From: a bacterium
Lineage (GTDB): Bacteria; Sysuimicrobiota; Sysuimicrobiia; Sysuimicrobiales; Humicultoraceae
Direction of reading: 5' to 3'
Length of the DNA stretch: 19,677 bases
NCBI GenBank assembly: GCA_041497675.1
Contig: JBGQGY010000067.1
Coordinates: 1 to 19,677 of the forward strand
A program made the translations under genes and the position numbers. The number at the start of each line of letters is the position of its first letter. The stretch's first letter is position 1. This document shows positions 19,420 to 19,677 of this stretch, in pieces. Under the pieces are notes generated by a model, which saw nothing but the letters and a program-made list of their open reading frames with translations, made no database searches and was not told the origin of the DNA.

Positions 19420-19677
19420 TTATCCAGTGCGATGCCGCGGATCGAGGGCGTCGCGGAGCCCGTCCCCGAACAGGTTGAACGCCACGACCGCCAGGATAAT
19501 AAACACCCCGGGAAACAACAGCCACGGGGACAGGATGAGCGTCGGCAGGTTCGAGGCCGACGTCAACAGGTTCCCCCACGACGAGCACGGCTCCCGGACC
19601 CCGAACCCAAAGAACGACAACGCCGATTCGCCGAGGATGGCGCTCGGGATCCCCAGCGTGGCGACGACGATGACAAA
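19420..19677 (-). CDS. peptide ABC transporter permease (OppC type), 3' fragment truncated by the window edge
   Basis: Open to the edge: ATLGIPSAILGESALSFFGFG...SWGNLL...PWLLFPG...GDGLRDALDPR. Confidence 0.92.
   Translation of the reverse strand, partial: FVIVVATLGIPSAILGESALSFFGFGVREPCSSWGNLLTSASNLPTLILSPWLLFPGVFIILAVVAFNLFGDGLRDALDPRHRTG

Overview
High-GC bacterial chromosomal window in which every real gene lies on the minus strand. In transcription order (right to left): the 3' end of an Opp/Dpp permease; a small membrane-anchored hypothetical protein; a family-5 SBP + permease B + permease C set; an Xis/BldC-like HTH_17 gene with three 10-bp-periodic repeats upstream; SBP, permease B, permease C, a second paralogous SBP, then OppD and OppF; gatC-gatA-gatB; an RlmD/TrmA-family protein; and the 5' part of dnaE, which runs off the window. 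No mobile element, CRISPR array or RNA gene is supported. Three observations stand out. (1) The RlmD homolog coupled to gatB keeps its TRAM-like N-terminus and four Fe-S cysteines but appears to have lost every SAM-binding and catalytic motif, making it a candidate pseudoenzyme. (2) A 37-bp orphan copy of an SBP gene's 3' end differs from the gene only at synonymous sites. (3) The Xis/BldC-like gene heads the transporter operon and has a direct-repeat array in its promoter. All calls are by eye; no searches were run.
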